NCBI GenBank assembly: GCA_000091205.1
Contig: AP006497.2
Strand: one strand, 5' to 3'
Source: Cyanidioschyzon merolae
Taxonomy: Eukaryota
DNA length: 64,000 bases
The first letter of the stretch is position 1. Every line of letters begins with the position of its first letter. Below are positions 19,223 through 30,467 of the stretch, one piece after another. The notes under the pieces were generated by a model. That model was not told the origin of the DNA and made no database searches. It worked only from the letters and a program-made list of their open reading frames with translations. Position numbers and translations under genes: made by a program.

Positions 19223-21427
19223 CGGTTTCATGGGATGTTTATGAACATACGGAGCGCCTTTACAATCGATAAAGGTCATAGCGGTCAAGTATCTAGTGGT
19301 CGTTGATACCGATGATATTTGCCATGGCGAGCATGATGATGAGAATGAGCATCTTCACGCGATGGATGTGCGATGCATCATACAGTAGATCATGCGTTCG
19401 TCTACGTTGATCCGATAACGCTCATGTCAAAATACAGTTCGATGGGATCGGGTAGACAAGTCAGGTGTACGTCCTTAAATTTCATCTCTTCCCATTGTAA
19501 TAAACACCAGTCCGTGTCGGAGTTTTTTGCAACTGCTCACTTGTCGTCTCCCTCGTACCGCTGGCTTTCAATTAGCTGGTACCTCCTAGTCCTGCAGCTC
19601 GGTCGCCAACTCTTGAGAACTGTTTACCGCAGCGTTCAGGTCCGGTATTCTGCTGCTTACTCCTGTTGTGCACCAATTTCGTGCACAGACAAAGGTTGCG
19701 ATCTAGGCCTCACCTGCCATGTTCATCGTTCCTGTGCACATTTTTGGTGCGCTCGTCACTGCTGTGACACTTAGTTGTGGTCAGGTGCTTCCGTGTGACC
19801 GCCGCTTACGCTTCTTTGCGCGTCACCCTGTGGCGTATAAACGCTTGCCTTATCGCTCAGTGCATGCCCTCTACGGATACGGAAGGCGTCCACAGATTCC
19901 CGCATCCGTTTCTGGAACTCGAGCCATTTCCTGCGATCCTGGGCTTGTCATCGTCAATGCTTTCGGCGAGTACACTGTCTGCTGCATGCGCTAGCGCACA
20001 CTGTCCCAGGCAATACAGGGCTTATGGAACGCAATGTTGCCCGTGATGAGAAAAGTACCGGAAGTAAAATCCAAGCCGGAGAACAAGTAAGGAAAATTCG
20101 GTCCGCCTGTCCGCCGTTCGTGCAAGGCGACGATGCACGCTCCACTGGAAGCAAGCGCTGCGATGCCTAAACCACGAGTCGAGCAACCCTTTCCACGCAA
20201 CTAGAAGAGATCGAAGCCTCTGTGAGCACATCTCACGGGGTGTATCATGCTGCCGTCGAATCCTGACTTGTCGATGGCCACACAGTCAGGATGATTTATC
20301 ATTCGATCTGAACTGATTTTTCGACCTGAAAAGTTACGGGTACTTTCTGCATGAGCTTATAGAAAAGGCCGTTAACCAGTGGCGTCCAGTTTATGCCTTG
20401 TCAATCAAGCCGCGCAAATAGCTACGCCCGCGAATTGCCCTGAAACAAAAAATTCGAAAACCTGAATCACGCGTGATTTCAGCATGCTTCTCGCAAGGAA
20501 ACAGGATGATTCGAGCCGTGTCCATATGCATCGGATTCTGATATCCATCATTTCACGAATCCTTGTTCGAAGGTTTCCAACATCCTTTTGTTTTCCATAA
20601 CGCTACAAACTCCAGCTGCAAATCACGAAAGCAACCCCTCGAAAATTCAACAGAAAACCGGTTTGCGCATTCCTGAACTCGTTATGGATGAACCTCGATG
20701 TCGAGACTGTACATCTAGCAACCATTTCAAACAAAAATAGTTATTCATAGACAGCGCATGTATCTCGGTAAACATCGATCACAGGGATCCGCGGCGCGCG
20801 CGCTCGCTCGCGCATCTGGCACAATCGATCCAAACCTGCACGCACGCGATGCCAGGAGCGATACTGCCCCGCGATTCGACGCAGCGGCGATGCGCGGATT
20901 CCCAAGCAATATATCTGGCAGGGGCGCGGAGCGTTGCCGGTTGAACGCCGCCTCGGTCGGTGTGCTGCGTGGCGAAAGGCGGCAGCATGCAGCGCAGCGC
21001 CGCCTGCGCAGCACGGGACACGTGTACGAACGCCTCCGCTGCGCATCCGTTTTTTCGCGTAGTGCCTGCTCTGGACGCTTGCTGTGACGCGTCATAGACC
21101 CTGGGGCTTGCTCTCTCTGTCTCTCTCTGTGTGTGCGCGCGCTTGGGTGTGCCCTTGTGCTGTACAACTGTCGCCGTTACGTAGGTGAGTTGTCAGACCG
21201 TTGGCACGCGTTTGTGCGCGCGCGAGTCAACTGGTGTCCGCACAACGTTTCGGGTGAGACGCGTAGAGGCTGCTGAGCGGACGCGTGTGTATCTGCAAAC
21301 CTGCCCTGCGTGGCGCCTAGACTCGCGGGAGACACGCGTCTGGAACGGTGATCGACGTGGTGGAAGGAACGCGTGGTGCTGGTGCGTGAAGCTTGCGTGT
21401 TTTTCACGAGCTGCACCTGCGTGCGGA

Positions 21428-22789
21428 ATGCCGGCTGACTGCAGCGACCGGCCTTCAGCGGCAAGCGACGCGACAAACGGTTTGGAGCACAGGCACGATA
21501 GCCTCGTTTCCGAACCTGTAGTTCAGGACTCTGATCTCGCTGGAGGAAGCAGTGGAAGCTGTCCCGTCCCGACGGCACCGGTGAGCTCGTTGCAGTCGGA
21601 GTGCACCTCGGCGACCAAAAGCAGTGTGGGAGCACCGGCGAGCGATCCGCACCATGCCCGGGAGCTGGCGCTTGCAGACCTTGCGGAAAACGGCCCCAAC
21701 AACTTCGCACCTAACTCCAATGCAATCCACCAGACCATATCTTATTCAGCGGATCGTCTGATAGGCAACGGTTCCTTTGGCGTCGTTTTCCAGGCGACAG
21801 TGGTCGAGACCGGCGAGATCGTGGCCATCAAGAAAGTCATCCAGGACAAGCGGTACAAGAATCGGGAACTGCAGATTATGCGGATGCTCTCCCATCCAAA
21901 TATCGTAGAATTGAAACATTGCTTTTTCTCCTCCGGAGAAAAGACAGGGGAAGTGTGCCTCAACCTTGTGCTCGAGTACATACCCGAGACGGTCTACCGC
22001 ATTTCAAGGCACTACTCGAAACTACGCCAACCGATGCCGCTTTTGTACGTGCGTCTCTACGCATACCAACTACTTCGCGCCTTGGCCTATATCCACGACT
22101 TGAACATCGCACATCGCGACGTGAAACCGCAGAATCTCCTCGTCGAGCCGCGCACGCAAGTGCTCAAGTTATGCGATTTTGGGTCCGCCAAGGTTCTAGT
22201 ACCCGGAGAAAAATCCCTCTCCTACATAGTTTCACGCTTTTACCGGGCAATCGAGTTACTGATTGGTTCAGAAGACTATACGCCAGCGATTGACCTCTGG
22301 AGCGCAGGCTGCGTCATTGGGGAACTCCTGCTCGGGCGTCCGCTTTTCTGCGGTGAGTCGGGCCTCAGCCAGCTGATCGAAATCATCAAAGTTCTGGGCG
22401 CACCAACCGAGGAAGATCTCGTCGCGATGCGGAGCAAGCACAGTGACTTCAAAATTCCCCGGGTGCAGCCATTGACGCTTCGGCGTGTCTTCAAAGCACG
22501 CACGGACGCCGATGCTGTCGATCTGGTTAGCCAGTTGCTCGTCTACAATCCGCAGAAGCGGATTCGGGCGATGCAGGCGCTTGCGCATCCCTTTTTTGAC
22601 CCACTGCGCCAACTGGAAGCAGCCCTGCCGAACGGTCGTCCGTTACCGCCCCTGTTCAACTTCTCCCAACGAGAATGGGAAATCGCTGGAATCGACCTTG
22701 CTCATCGTATCCTTCCACGCGAGCACTTTGAAGCGGCGCTACGCATGTACGGGGTGTCTCGCCAGCGGGCGTCGGGCGCCTCCGCGTGA
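21428..22789 (+). CDS. Glycogen synthase kinase-3 (GSK3/shaggy-like) Ser/Thr protein kinase
   Basis: [11 protein letters not shown]...[36 protein letters not shown]...[13 protein letters not shown]...[51 protein letters not shown] is a GSK3 signature: the activation-loop Tyr context and the [11 protein letters not shown] motif. The first ATG is at 21428; a ~90-aa Ser-rich extension precedes the kinase domain. Confidence 0.85.
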   Translation: MPADCSDRPSAASDATNGLEHRHDSLVSEPVVQDSDLAGGSSGSCPVPTAPVSSLQSECTSATKSSVGAPASDPHHARELALADLAENGPNNFAPNSNAIHQTISYSADRLIGNGSFGVVFQATVVETGEIVAIKKVIQDKRYKNRELQIMRMLSHPNIVELKHCFFSSGEKTGEVCLNLVLEYIPETVYRISRHYSKLRQPMPLLYVRLYAYQLLRALAYIHDLNIAHRDVKPQNLLVEPRTQVLKLCDFGSAKVLVPGEKSLSYIVSRFYRAIELLIGSEDYTPAIDLWSAGCVIGELLLGRPLFCGESGLSQLIEIIKVLGAPTEEDLVAMRSKHSDFKIPRVQPLTLRRVFKARTDADAVDLVSQLLVYNPQKRIRAMQALAHPFFDPLRQLEAALPNGRPLPPLFNFSQREWEIAGIDLAHRILPREHFEAALRMYGVSRQRASGASA

Positions 22790-22922
22790 ACGGCGCCACT
22801 GGCTGGGTACCCAGACGCCGCGAAAACAACCGTATGCATGTTCGACGGCTGGACAGGGCATCGCGCTAGGTTGCCTTCGGATCCTCTGTAAAGTCTCTAA
22901 CCATCGCTGCGACGCGCAATGA

Positions 22923-25900
22923 TCATGGATTCTCTCCATGAGGTTCCAGGGATGTTGGAGGCGACTCGTACTCGCGCTCCGAGGGGTATCTGCTGGCATG
23001 CTGTTGCCACTTTCGAACAGAAGCAGCAGTTGCCAGCAGCAGCGTCCGCGTTCGTTCTTCGAGGCCCTGCTGGGTTTCTTTCGTAGCCAGGTACGCGGCA
23101 ACTTGGTCGACCTGCAGCGCGCCGCCTTCCACTGGCATCCAACAGAACGGAACCGCGTAGACGCGCAGGCTACCTCCGTGGCGATGTCCGCAGACCTCGT
23201 TTTCCCAAAACGTACGCAGCAACGCGTGGAACTTGACCAGCGAAAGCGTACCTGTTGCGTTCACGTCTGTTGCCGCCTCATCGGTGTCTTGCTTCAAGAG
23301 CGCGCGTAGGTAGCGAGCCTCCTGTTCTCCTCGTTGGTACTGGTAGGTACCGTGCTCTATCTCGGCCCAGAAGCGCGCACCCCGTTCGGGGAGGTTTCGA
23401 TCCGGCTCCTCTCGTTTCTCTGCCATCGCCTCCAGGTACGGCCGCAGGTCATCGACGCGCAGGCGCTGCAGCTGGTTCTGGTAAAAGTCGTGGAGAAAGC
23501 ACTCGAGCCGTTCGGCAACATGCCACGGCGGATGCCGCTCCGTCGACTGTACCAGGAAGAAGAGTCCCTGCGCTCCGCACCGGCGATACACAAAGTTGGA
23601 TACCACATAGCCCAGCTGTTGGACAGTGCGTAGCTCGTGGAACAGCGGCTTCTGGAGCAGGTTCGAGAGCACCTCTACCAAGAGATCCCGTTCCAGGGAG
23701 CGCACGCCCGTCTGCACATAGTATCCGAGGCTCGCATTCGACTCCGTTGCGTTTGGCAGTGGAATGAAGAGCCCCAGGGGCGAGAGCTCCGCAGGGATGC
23801 GCAACTGGTGGCACTCGAGTCGCCGGAGAAACTGACGAAGGTCGCCGACCTCTGGACGCAAACACGGCTGGACAATCGCCATGCAGCGATCAAAAAGCAG
23901 TCTTGCTTCGTCTTCGGTCACATTGCCATGGAGAAGCGCTTCGACGACGAGGTTGCGCATGGAGCACCCAGGCGCCCCGGATGCACCACCGAACAGTGTC
24001 GTTCGGAATGCGTCGACGCTTTCCAGAGAGAAACGTTCGGTCCCAGCTGATGACGCTTCCCGCAACAACGAGAGATAGTCCCAGGTCGCGTGCCAGTGCG
24101 GTAGCTGCAGCAGCACGCGTGTGTTGTACATTACCTGCTGATACGGTTTCTGCAAGGCAGCATCCTCGTAAGAGCGTCGCAGACGATCCAGATGCGCGTC
24201 CAGGAGCCGCTGACGAATCTCCGTCGACTGCTTGACATCCTCGCCTGAGCAGGTTGCTGCAGCGGTGCGGAAAACATGCTCGGTGAAGCGGATGAAGGTA
24301 TCGGCGAAGCCGCTGAGACCAAGGAAAACACCCGTTGCTGTGGGCGTGAGTGTATACGACATGCCCGCGAGTTCGGCATCGTACGCACTCGCTGTGAGCG
24401 CATCTTCAATGAGAGCTATCGCTAGTTTCGTGAAAATGGCCTGCTCAGGGCTCGCGTACGCCATATCTGTGTAGAGTTGAAAGAAGGCCTGAATTCGTGG
24501 CTGCCGAAAACTCGTATCCAGGCTGTGGTGGAGCACCCGACCTTGGGCCTCATCCAAGAGAAGGCAGCGAGGCAACGGCTGCTGACCGTTTGCGTCGGCC
24601 GCAGCGGTTCCCGCAGCCGGTGCTACCTTCAAGCTGAAAGAACGCGGCATGAACGGGTTCGGAAGCGGTACGTGGAGCGCACGCGCAGCGGGTGTCTCTG
24701 AGTACCAAGCGGCTGCTGGCATGGTGCCCGTCAGGTAACGCGTCTGGTACCAAGGCTCCAGGCCGTGCACTAGCTGCGTGGATTCCAGCCCATAAGCCTC
24801 AGGCTGCTGATACATTTCAGTGGTCACCAGAAAAACGATCGCCTGTTCAGGGCACATGTGCTCAGAGAGAAGCTCCCGCAGCGCACAGGCGGATGGACGA
24901 TCCCAGTAGAGAAACGGCCCCGCCAGCACGTCCTCTGGATCAAAGACGCGGAGTGAGGAACTCAGCTCCACAACAGCCTGGAATGGTGAGGACTCTCGCT
25001 CCTGGTATCGAAAGTGGATCTCGCCAAGTAACTGCAGTTCCTCGTAGATGTAGGAAGGCAAGTCGGCGTCGAGGATATCTCCGGGCCCCAGCAGAGTACG
25101 CAGTAGGCGCAAGTAGGCACCTACTAGACTCAGCGTTTGTTGCCAGTGAACAAGGCCCCGCTCGGTAAGTGCGATATCGATGTCAAAAAACGCGATGCCC
25201 GTTAATTCCCAAGAGACGCCCGCACTGAGGGCAGTGGCGAACCCGTGCTCCTTTAGCGCGGCGAGCAGCGAGCCATTCGACTCATGTCCCAGGAGGTGTG
25301 CAAGACAGTGTGCCGGCTTTGTGCGATACAGCGGCCGTTGCGGCGGTATCGTGAAGACGATGCGCATCTCCCGGAGCGCCTTCACCGGTTCCACGACATA
25401 AAGTTTGCCTTGGGGTTGGTGGTCCTCTCGAAAGAGTGGCTGATGCGCATAGGACGCGGCTGGCGCCTTCTGGAGGGCACGCGGCACCTCTCCGAATAGC
25501 GACCAAACAGCGGACTGCATTTCCGCCATCGTCTGGTGCGCGGTAAAACTGACGCATAAACACATGAGGTCAGCGCCATAGTACTGACGATGAAATTCGC
25601 AAAGTGCTTCCCGAACGCTTTCCTGGCTTTCAACGACCGCAGCTGGTAGGCAGGTTGGTGCTTGGTGCGGTTCTGCTGCGGCTTCTGCTGCTGCTGCTGC
25701 TGCTGCTGATGCGGACCCCAGAAGCGTCTCGCGGTTGCCCGTTCCAAAGTTGTGAAAGGGATGCACGGGGTCCGTGAGCGATTTGAGTAGTTGGAAAAGG
25801 CGATGGGTATCACTCTGAATATTCATGCGATACTCGGCATCGACAGCATCTACTTCACGCCCGACCGCGGCTTTGTGGAAGCGAGGGTGTAGGAAGCACT

Positions 25901-26351
25901 GTGCAAAGCGATCGAGTGTCTCCAGCAGCTGCTCGGGTCCGATTTCGAAGGCGTAGTTCGTCTCCTCTAATGAAGTGAAGGCATTTGCGTGCCCACCGTG
26001 ACGAGCGATGTGCTCATGATAGGCTCCTTCGTCAGGGTATTTGTCCGAGCCCAGAAAACACATGTGTTCACAGAAATGTGCCAGGCCAGGATACGAGGGC
26101 GGGTCCTGCATGTGACCAACGCCTACCGACATGGAGGCGGCAGCGCGGTTGGCCTTGGGATCTTGGATGAGAAGCACCTGCAAGTTGTTCGAGGCGAGTC
26201 GGAAATAGCAGTAGCTGCGTTCATCGATATCGGGTTTGCGGGGCCACTTGAACACAGTGACACCTTCAGGAGGCTCCGTGGCGGTACGGCAGGGCTCGAT
26301 GGAGCGCTGCGGTGCCGGCTGAACGGCGGGGTTTGAGGTAGGATCACTCAT
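22923..26351 (-). CDS. M16-family zinc metallopeptidase (insulin-degrading-enzyme / nardilysin-like), 1142 aa
   Basis: An inverted zincin motif HFCEHMCFLGSDKYPDEGAYHEHIARHGGHANAFTSLEETNYAFEI (HxxEH...E). The length and four-domain architecture are typical of M16A. An internal poly-Ala run is encoded by (GCT)n at about 25674-25708. Confidence 0.85.
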   Translation of the reverse strand: MSDPTSNPAVQPAPQRSIEPCRTATEPPEGVTVFKWPRKPDIDERSYCYFRLASNNLQVLLIQDPKANRAAASMSVGVGHMQDPPSYPGLAHFCEHMCFLGSDKYPDEGAYHEHIARHGGHANAFTSLEETNYAFEIGPEQLLETLDRFAQCFLHPRFHKAAVGREVDAVDAEYRMNIQSDTHRLFQLLKSLTDPVHPFHNFGTGNRETLLGSASAAAAAAAEAAAEPHQAPTCLPAAVVESQESVREALCEFHRQYYGADLMCLCVSFTAHQTMAEMQSAVWSLFGEVPRALQKAPAASYAHQPLFREDHQPQGKLYVVEPVKALREMRIVFTIPPQRPLYRTKPAHCLAHLLGHESNGSLLAALKEHGFATALSAGVSWELTGIAFFDIDIALTERGLVHWQQTLSLVGAYLRLLRTLLGPGDILDADLPSYIYEELQLLGEIHFRYQERESSPFQAVVELSSSLRVFDPEDVLAGPFLYWDRPSACALRELLSEHMCPEQAIVFLVTTEMYQQPEAYGLESTQLVHGLEPWYQTRYLTGTMPAAAWYSETPAARALHVPLPNPFMPRSFSLKVAPAAGTAAADANGQQPLPRCLLLDEAQGRVLHHSLDTSFRQPRIQAFFQLYTDMAYASPEQAIFTKLAIALIEDALTASAYDAELAGMSYTLTPTATGVFLGLSGFADTFIRFTEHVFRTAAATCSGEDVKQSTEIRQRLLDAHLDRLRRSYEDAALQKPYQQVMYNTRVLLQLPHWHATWDYLSLLREASSAGTERFSLESVDAFRTTLFGGASGAPGCSMRNLVVEALLHGNVTEDEARLLFDRCMAIVQPCLRPEVGDLRQFLRRLECHQLRIPAELSPLGLFIPLPNATESNASLGYYVQTGVRSLERDLLVEVLSNLLQKPLFHELRTVQQLGYVVSNFVYRRCGAQGLFFLVQSTERHPPWHVAERLECFLHDFYQNQLQRLRVDDLRPYLEAMAEKREEPDRNLPERGARFWAEIEHGTYQYQRGEQEARYLRALLKQDTDEAATDVNATGTLSLVKFHALLRTFWENEVCGHRHGGSLRVYAVPFCWMPVEGGALQVDQVAAYLATKETQQGLEERTRTLLLATAASVRKWQQHASRYPSEREYESPPTSLEPHGENP

Positions 26352-26354
26352 GGC

Positions 26355-26630
26355 TATGACAGCAAACAGAGCCAGGCGAGTCCTTCAATGTTAGAGAAGT
26401 TTTCCGCGAATCCGATCAGGGCCTGGTGGGTCCTTCTACCGTAGTGTCGTGACCGCCGACTGCAAACAAAGCCAGGCGAGTCTTCGAGACTTTGCGTAGT
26501 CTTCCGCGTTGTCGACAAAAGCCAGACAGCTCTCGCAATCTTACGGTCCTCTTCCGCGCCCTCAAACGGAGTCAGGCGGATCTTTACGTCGCAGTGTAGT
26601 TACCTGCGACGATGAATAGAGCCAGGCGAA
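26355..26630. repeat. Degenerate ~50-60-bp tandem repeat (about 5 units) directly upstream of the M16 peptidase start codon
   Basis: The units share '(a)caaa(g)agccaggcga(g/a)tc...cttccgcg', for example cagcaaacagagccaggcgagtcc...ttttccgcg, ctgcaaacaaagccaggcgagtct...gtcttccgcg, gacaaaagccagacagctc...cctcttccgcg, atgaatagagccaggcgaatacc. Confidence 0.6.
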
Positions 26631-28670
26631 TACCCTTTTTTCTGACGTTTTCACTCACGAGCAGGCACCGGGCCGACGCGCAATGGTGCAGTGTGCTTCT
26701 CACTCTATGCTCACGAGCACGCGAAGGCAACTCATGAAGCGGCAGTTTGTTTTCGAAGTGTGTTCACTCGGGGGTACGAAATCTCCGCCTCGCACTTGAT
26801 TTGACCAGGTCGAAACAGTGGGCATTATGCTGGGAGCATTCTACGCTGGAATCTGTATACCAGCACCTCATTGTTTTTGTTTGTTTTCTACCAGCTGTTG
26901 AACAAACCCGGAGTATCCTGTGGATCGGAGAATAGCTGCGGAAAGACGATACGCGGTCACTGGTGGCTTACGAAGGACCGCGTTGCTTCGGCAAGCCAAT
27001 TATTCTACTATTAGCAGGTAGGTGAAGCTCCTGTCACGCAGTCCTCATTCAGAACGTCGCGTACCTAAACCAGAACTTGATTAACTCGATGAATATGAAT
27101 GCCTCTTCCTCGATCTTTTCCACTCGATAGATTCCCCAAGAAATGCTACCGAACAAGGCTAAGGATGCAAAGTCTTCGCACCGTGGATACGACCGGTGAT
27201 TACCAGACACGAATGTACTGGAAACAAATCGCGTTTCTATGGAGGAGTATCGCGCATTGACCAAGTACCTATCGATCTCGTACCGAGTCGCTAACGCTTA
27301 CTACATGGCGGGACGGATGCTCGCCAACTGTGGGGAGCATTCACCTGCGAGAAACGATAGACCTGTCCATAGGCTGGCAAAGAGCAGCAAACCGCTGTTC
27401 AGAAAGCAGAGGCAAGGAGCCTCTACAAAAGCGTCACCCCAAGCGCCGATTTCATCCTGTGTACGCCAACCAAGCGCCAAATGCATGGGATCATTCACCA
27501 TCTCGTCCTTCATCGAAGCGATTCGTGGCTTCTGTTTCCCACATGCCTCTGTCCAGGGCGTAGAACGTGTGGCTCCCGATTACCCAGAAGCGGTCGGCGA
27601 GTAGGCAGCTGAAATCCGCGTCGAGCTGCTGTTCCTGCTAGCCTCTTCTTTCTCGGTACGTCCGGTCAAAGGAGTCTTGTTTTTCGTGAAACACCGACTC
27701 GAAGCTCACCGATCCATCAATGAGTCGTGCCCATCTGGGACACACTTCCTCGATGAATCGCTCTTCGACATGTCGTTCTTGATGTCACCTGGCCCTGAAG
27801 TGGTGTGTTGCACCTCTGGTCATGCACTGGAGGGAGTGGTATGAGGCGCCTCGGTCCACGGGCGTGCTCGCGACCGAGAAGGTAGCAAAGAGGTATTCGA
27901 CGAGTCGCACGTATGCATACTTATAGAGAAAGCAAGTTTCGGTTCTACCTCTCACCCAATAAGACTGAATCCCGACGGAAACGAACCGATGTAGAGGGTA
28001 CCGATCACGGCTATGCTACCGCGCCAGGTAGCGGGGAAGAAGAGATCGGACAAGGAAGAAAAAAGATCCTCACGAAAAGAGGACAATAGGAGGCAGGAAG
28101 GAAAAACACGTCGGATCGGAACCATCAGTTTGCTGTCGTCGTTAATGACTTGCTAATACAACACAACAACGAGAAGAATCTTTTGAAGCGTGCGATGCAG
28201 GTCGCCAGGCGCGATCGCGTAGCTTCGAACTCGACAAGTCTCGCGGAGCGTCTCCCGCCTTGCCGCGCATCGTCGAGCATCTAATCCAGGGCACCCGGAC
28301 ACCCAGCGCTGCTACCTGTCCACATGGTTCTCGGAATCTTTCGATCAAACCTTCATGCGATCATACAGTTCATGTTCACGACAGAACATGTCGTACGGTA
28401 TGATCCAAGGATCGGAAGTTTGCATACTCACACACATAGACAGTCACGCTTCCCAGTGTACCTTGAGCGGTCGCCACACCACCTCAGCGACTGGAACCTT
28501 AATAGCACAGATACCAAACAGGATCAAACCATGCCCAGCCGCTCCTACACCAGACGTCTGGGGACAGAGGCGCAAAGCAATGCTCGGATGCACGTCGCAC
28601 CCGATGACATCATCGATCTCATTCGAAACAAGGAGCATCTCACGAACGGGGCGCTCTATCCATGCGGCAT

Positions 28671-28762
28671 ACTGAAAAAATAACACAAAAAAGTAAGACA
28701 AGAAAAATGCGCATCCTCGGAGAACGCTGGCTTAAGGAAACGTTTTGTCCATGAGAAAAAAA
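28671..28762 (+). mobile_element. Short poly(A)-tailed retroposon copy (SINE-like or 5'-truncated retrocopy), 92 bp, flanked by a 12-bp TSD
   Basis: A perfect 12-bp direct repeat tccatgcggcat at 28659-28670 and 28763-28774 brackets the insert exactly. The insert ends in gagaaaaaaa and is about 85% identical to 44621-44710. It contains the micro-ORF MRILGERWLKETFCP* (28707-28754). Confidence 0.6.
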
Positions 28763-28992
28763 TCCATGCGGCATCATCGCGGCGGACTGCTGCACACACG
28801 TTGCGCCGAGACGCCAACGCGCCCCTGCGAATCGATCGTCGCGGATACGCCGCCGCCCGGCAGGCCGCAGCGGCGCCCGGCAGGAGATCGGATCTACGGG
28901 CGAGGCGCGGGTAGCCCGCAGGTCCCCGCAGTCGTAGCACGAGGCGTTGTCGTCACTGGTGCTGGCGAAGGTCTGCTTTCACTGGGCTCTTG

Positions 28993-30201
28993 ATGATAGG
29001 CTCACACGGTGAACGCGCTATTTCCATGCCTCCTCGACCTGTGCGTACCGTACTACGACGCTCCGTGGAGTTTAGTCTTTGTGCTGTTGGCATCTACGCA
29101 ACGTACCTGGGCTATGGCGTGCTGCACGAGCGGCTGTACTGGCGGCTTTACCGGACGCGTGATGGAGCAGCATACGACCGCTTCCGATACCCTCTCTTTC
29201 TTGTCTTCTGGCAGTGCCTGTGTAACGCAAGCGTCTCGTTTTTTTCTCGGAAAATCGCGCGGAGCACGCCTCACGACGAGCGTCTGCGGTTCAATGAAAA
29301 ACGACGTTTGTACAGCGCGGGAAGCGCAGCGTCGAGCCGTTTCTATGCGTTGGTTGCGGCGTGCCATGTGGTCGCCATGTGCTGTGCTTTCGGCGCACTG
29401 ATTTACGTTCCGTATCCTCTGCAAGTCCTCGCCAAGAGCAGTAAAATGATCCCAATCATGCTCACTGGAGCCGCGATGCGACGAAAGCGATACACCCGCA
29501 CCGAGATCATCCGCGTACTTTTGATCACGTTCGGTGTGGTGCAGTTCTCTCGGCAGCGGCACTCGAAGGAAAGTACTTTCCGACAGGCAGCAGTTCCAGG
29601 TCCGCAGTCAGGCGGTGGCCACCAGAGGCACCTGGGATGGGCGTTGCTCCTCATGAGCCTCGTTATGGACGGGATCGTAGGGCCGCTGCAAGAGCATACG
29701 CGCGCCCTCTTTGATGTTGAGGCGATTCACTTCATGTTTGCGCAGAATTCCTGGGCTACGTTCTGGATGACGTTGGTCCTGCTGGCGACAGGCCAGGGTG
29801 TTGCTGCATGGAGCTTTCTCCGAACACACCCGAGTGTCTGGCGAGACCTGTTCGGTTTCGGTCTGCTGAGTGCAATGGGACAACATTTTGTCTTCTACGT
29901 CGTTTGTCATTTTTCCGCACTCACTTTGGCGATGATCACGACAACTCGGAAACTCTTTTCTGTCCTGTTGAGCATTGTGGTATTTGCGCACAGGCTCTCC
30001 GTTGGTCAGGCCCTAGGGATGTGTTGCGCGTTCGCAGGATTGCTCTGGGAAGCGATAGCGAGTTTGGCCACGCGGAACGTGGCGGGCAGTGCGCTCAGCG
30101 GCAAGTGCTCGAGTTCTGTGCCAGGGGCGCAGGAGAAACAGGCCAGTGGAGCGAGTTGCAGAAACACGAGTACGTCTGTACATGTCGGCGAAGAGGGCTA
30201 G
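28993..30201 (+). CDS. Nucleotide-sugar transporter, SLC35B / UAA family (UDP-galactose-transporter-related)
   Basis: A multi-TM protein with the characteristic ...SSKMIPIMLTGAAMRRKRYTRTEIIRVLLITFGVVQF motif of SLC35B/HUT1-type transporters. The track start at 28990 is TTG; the ATG is at 28993. Confidence 0.72.
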   Translation: MIGSHGERAISMPPRPVRTVLRRSVEFSLCAVGIYATYLGYGVLHERLYWRLYRTRDGAAYDRFRYPLFLVFWQCLCNASVSFFSRKIARSTPHDERLRFNEKRRLYSAGSAASSRFYALVAACHVVAMCCAFGALIYVPYPLQVLAKSSKMIPIMLTGAAMRRKRYTRTEIIRVLLITFGVVQFSRQRHSKESTFRQAAVPGPQSGGGHQRHLGWALLLMSLVMDGIVGPLQEHTRALFDVEAIHFMFAQNSWATFWMTLVLLATGQGVAAWSFLRTHPSVWRDLFGFGLLSAMGQHFVFYVVCHFSALTLAMITTTRKLFSVLLSIVVFAHRLSVGQALGMCCAFAGLLWEAIASLATRNVAGSALSGKCSSSVPGAQEKQASGASCRNTSTSVHVGEEG

Positions 30202-30467
30202 CGTTTAGAAACATGGGAGGTCGCTCGAACGCCATGAGCTGCGTCGAGACACCAGCGGTTGCGAGCGACGGTCCCGGATCTCGCGGTGGTGTACCCATTA
30301 CAGCGGATACTCAATTTGGCAGACGCGAAGGCACCCCGAGTTCGATCATTGAACGGAGATATCTACATTCAGCAGCATGTATGCCGGGGGATTTGTCTGC
30401 GACGCTCACCTGAGCAGCCTGGACACGTCCCAACAAACCTCGTCATTCACGGGATTGGATGCTCTTG

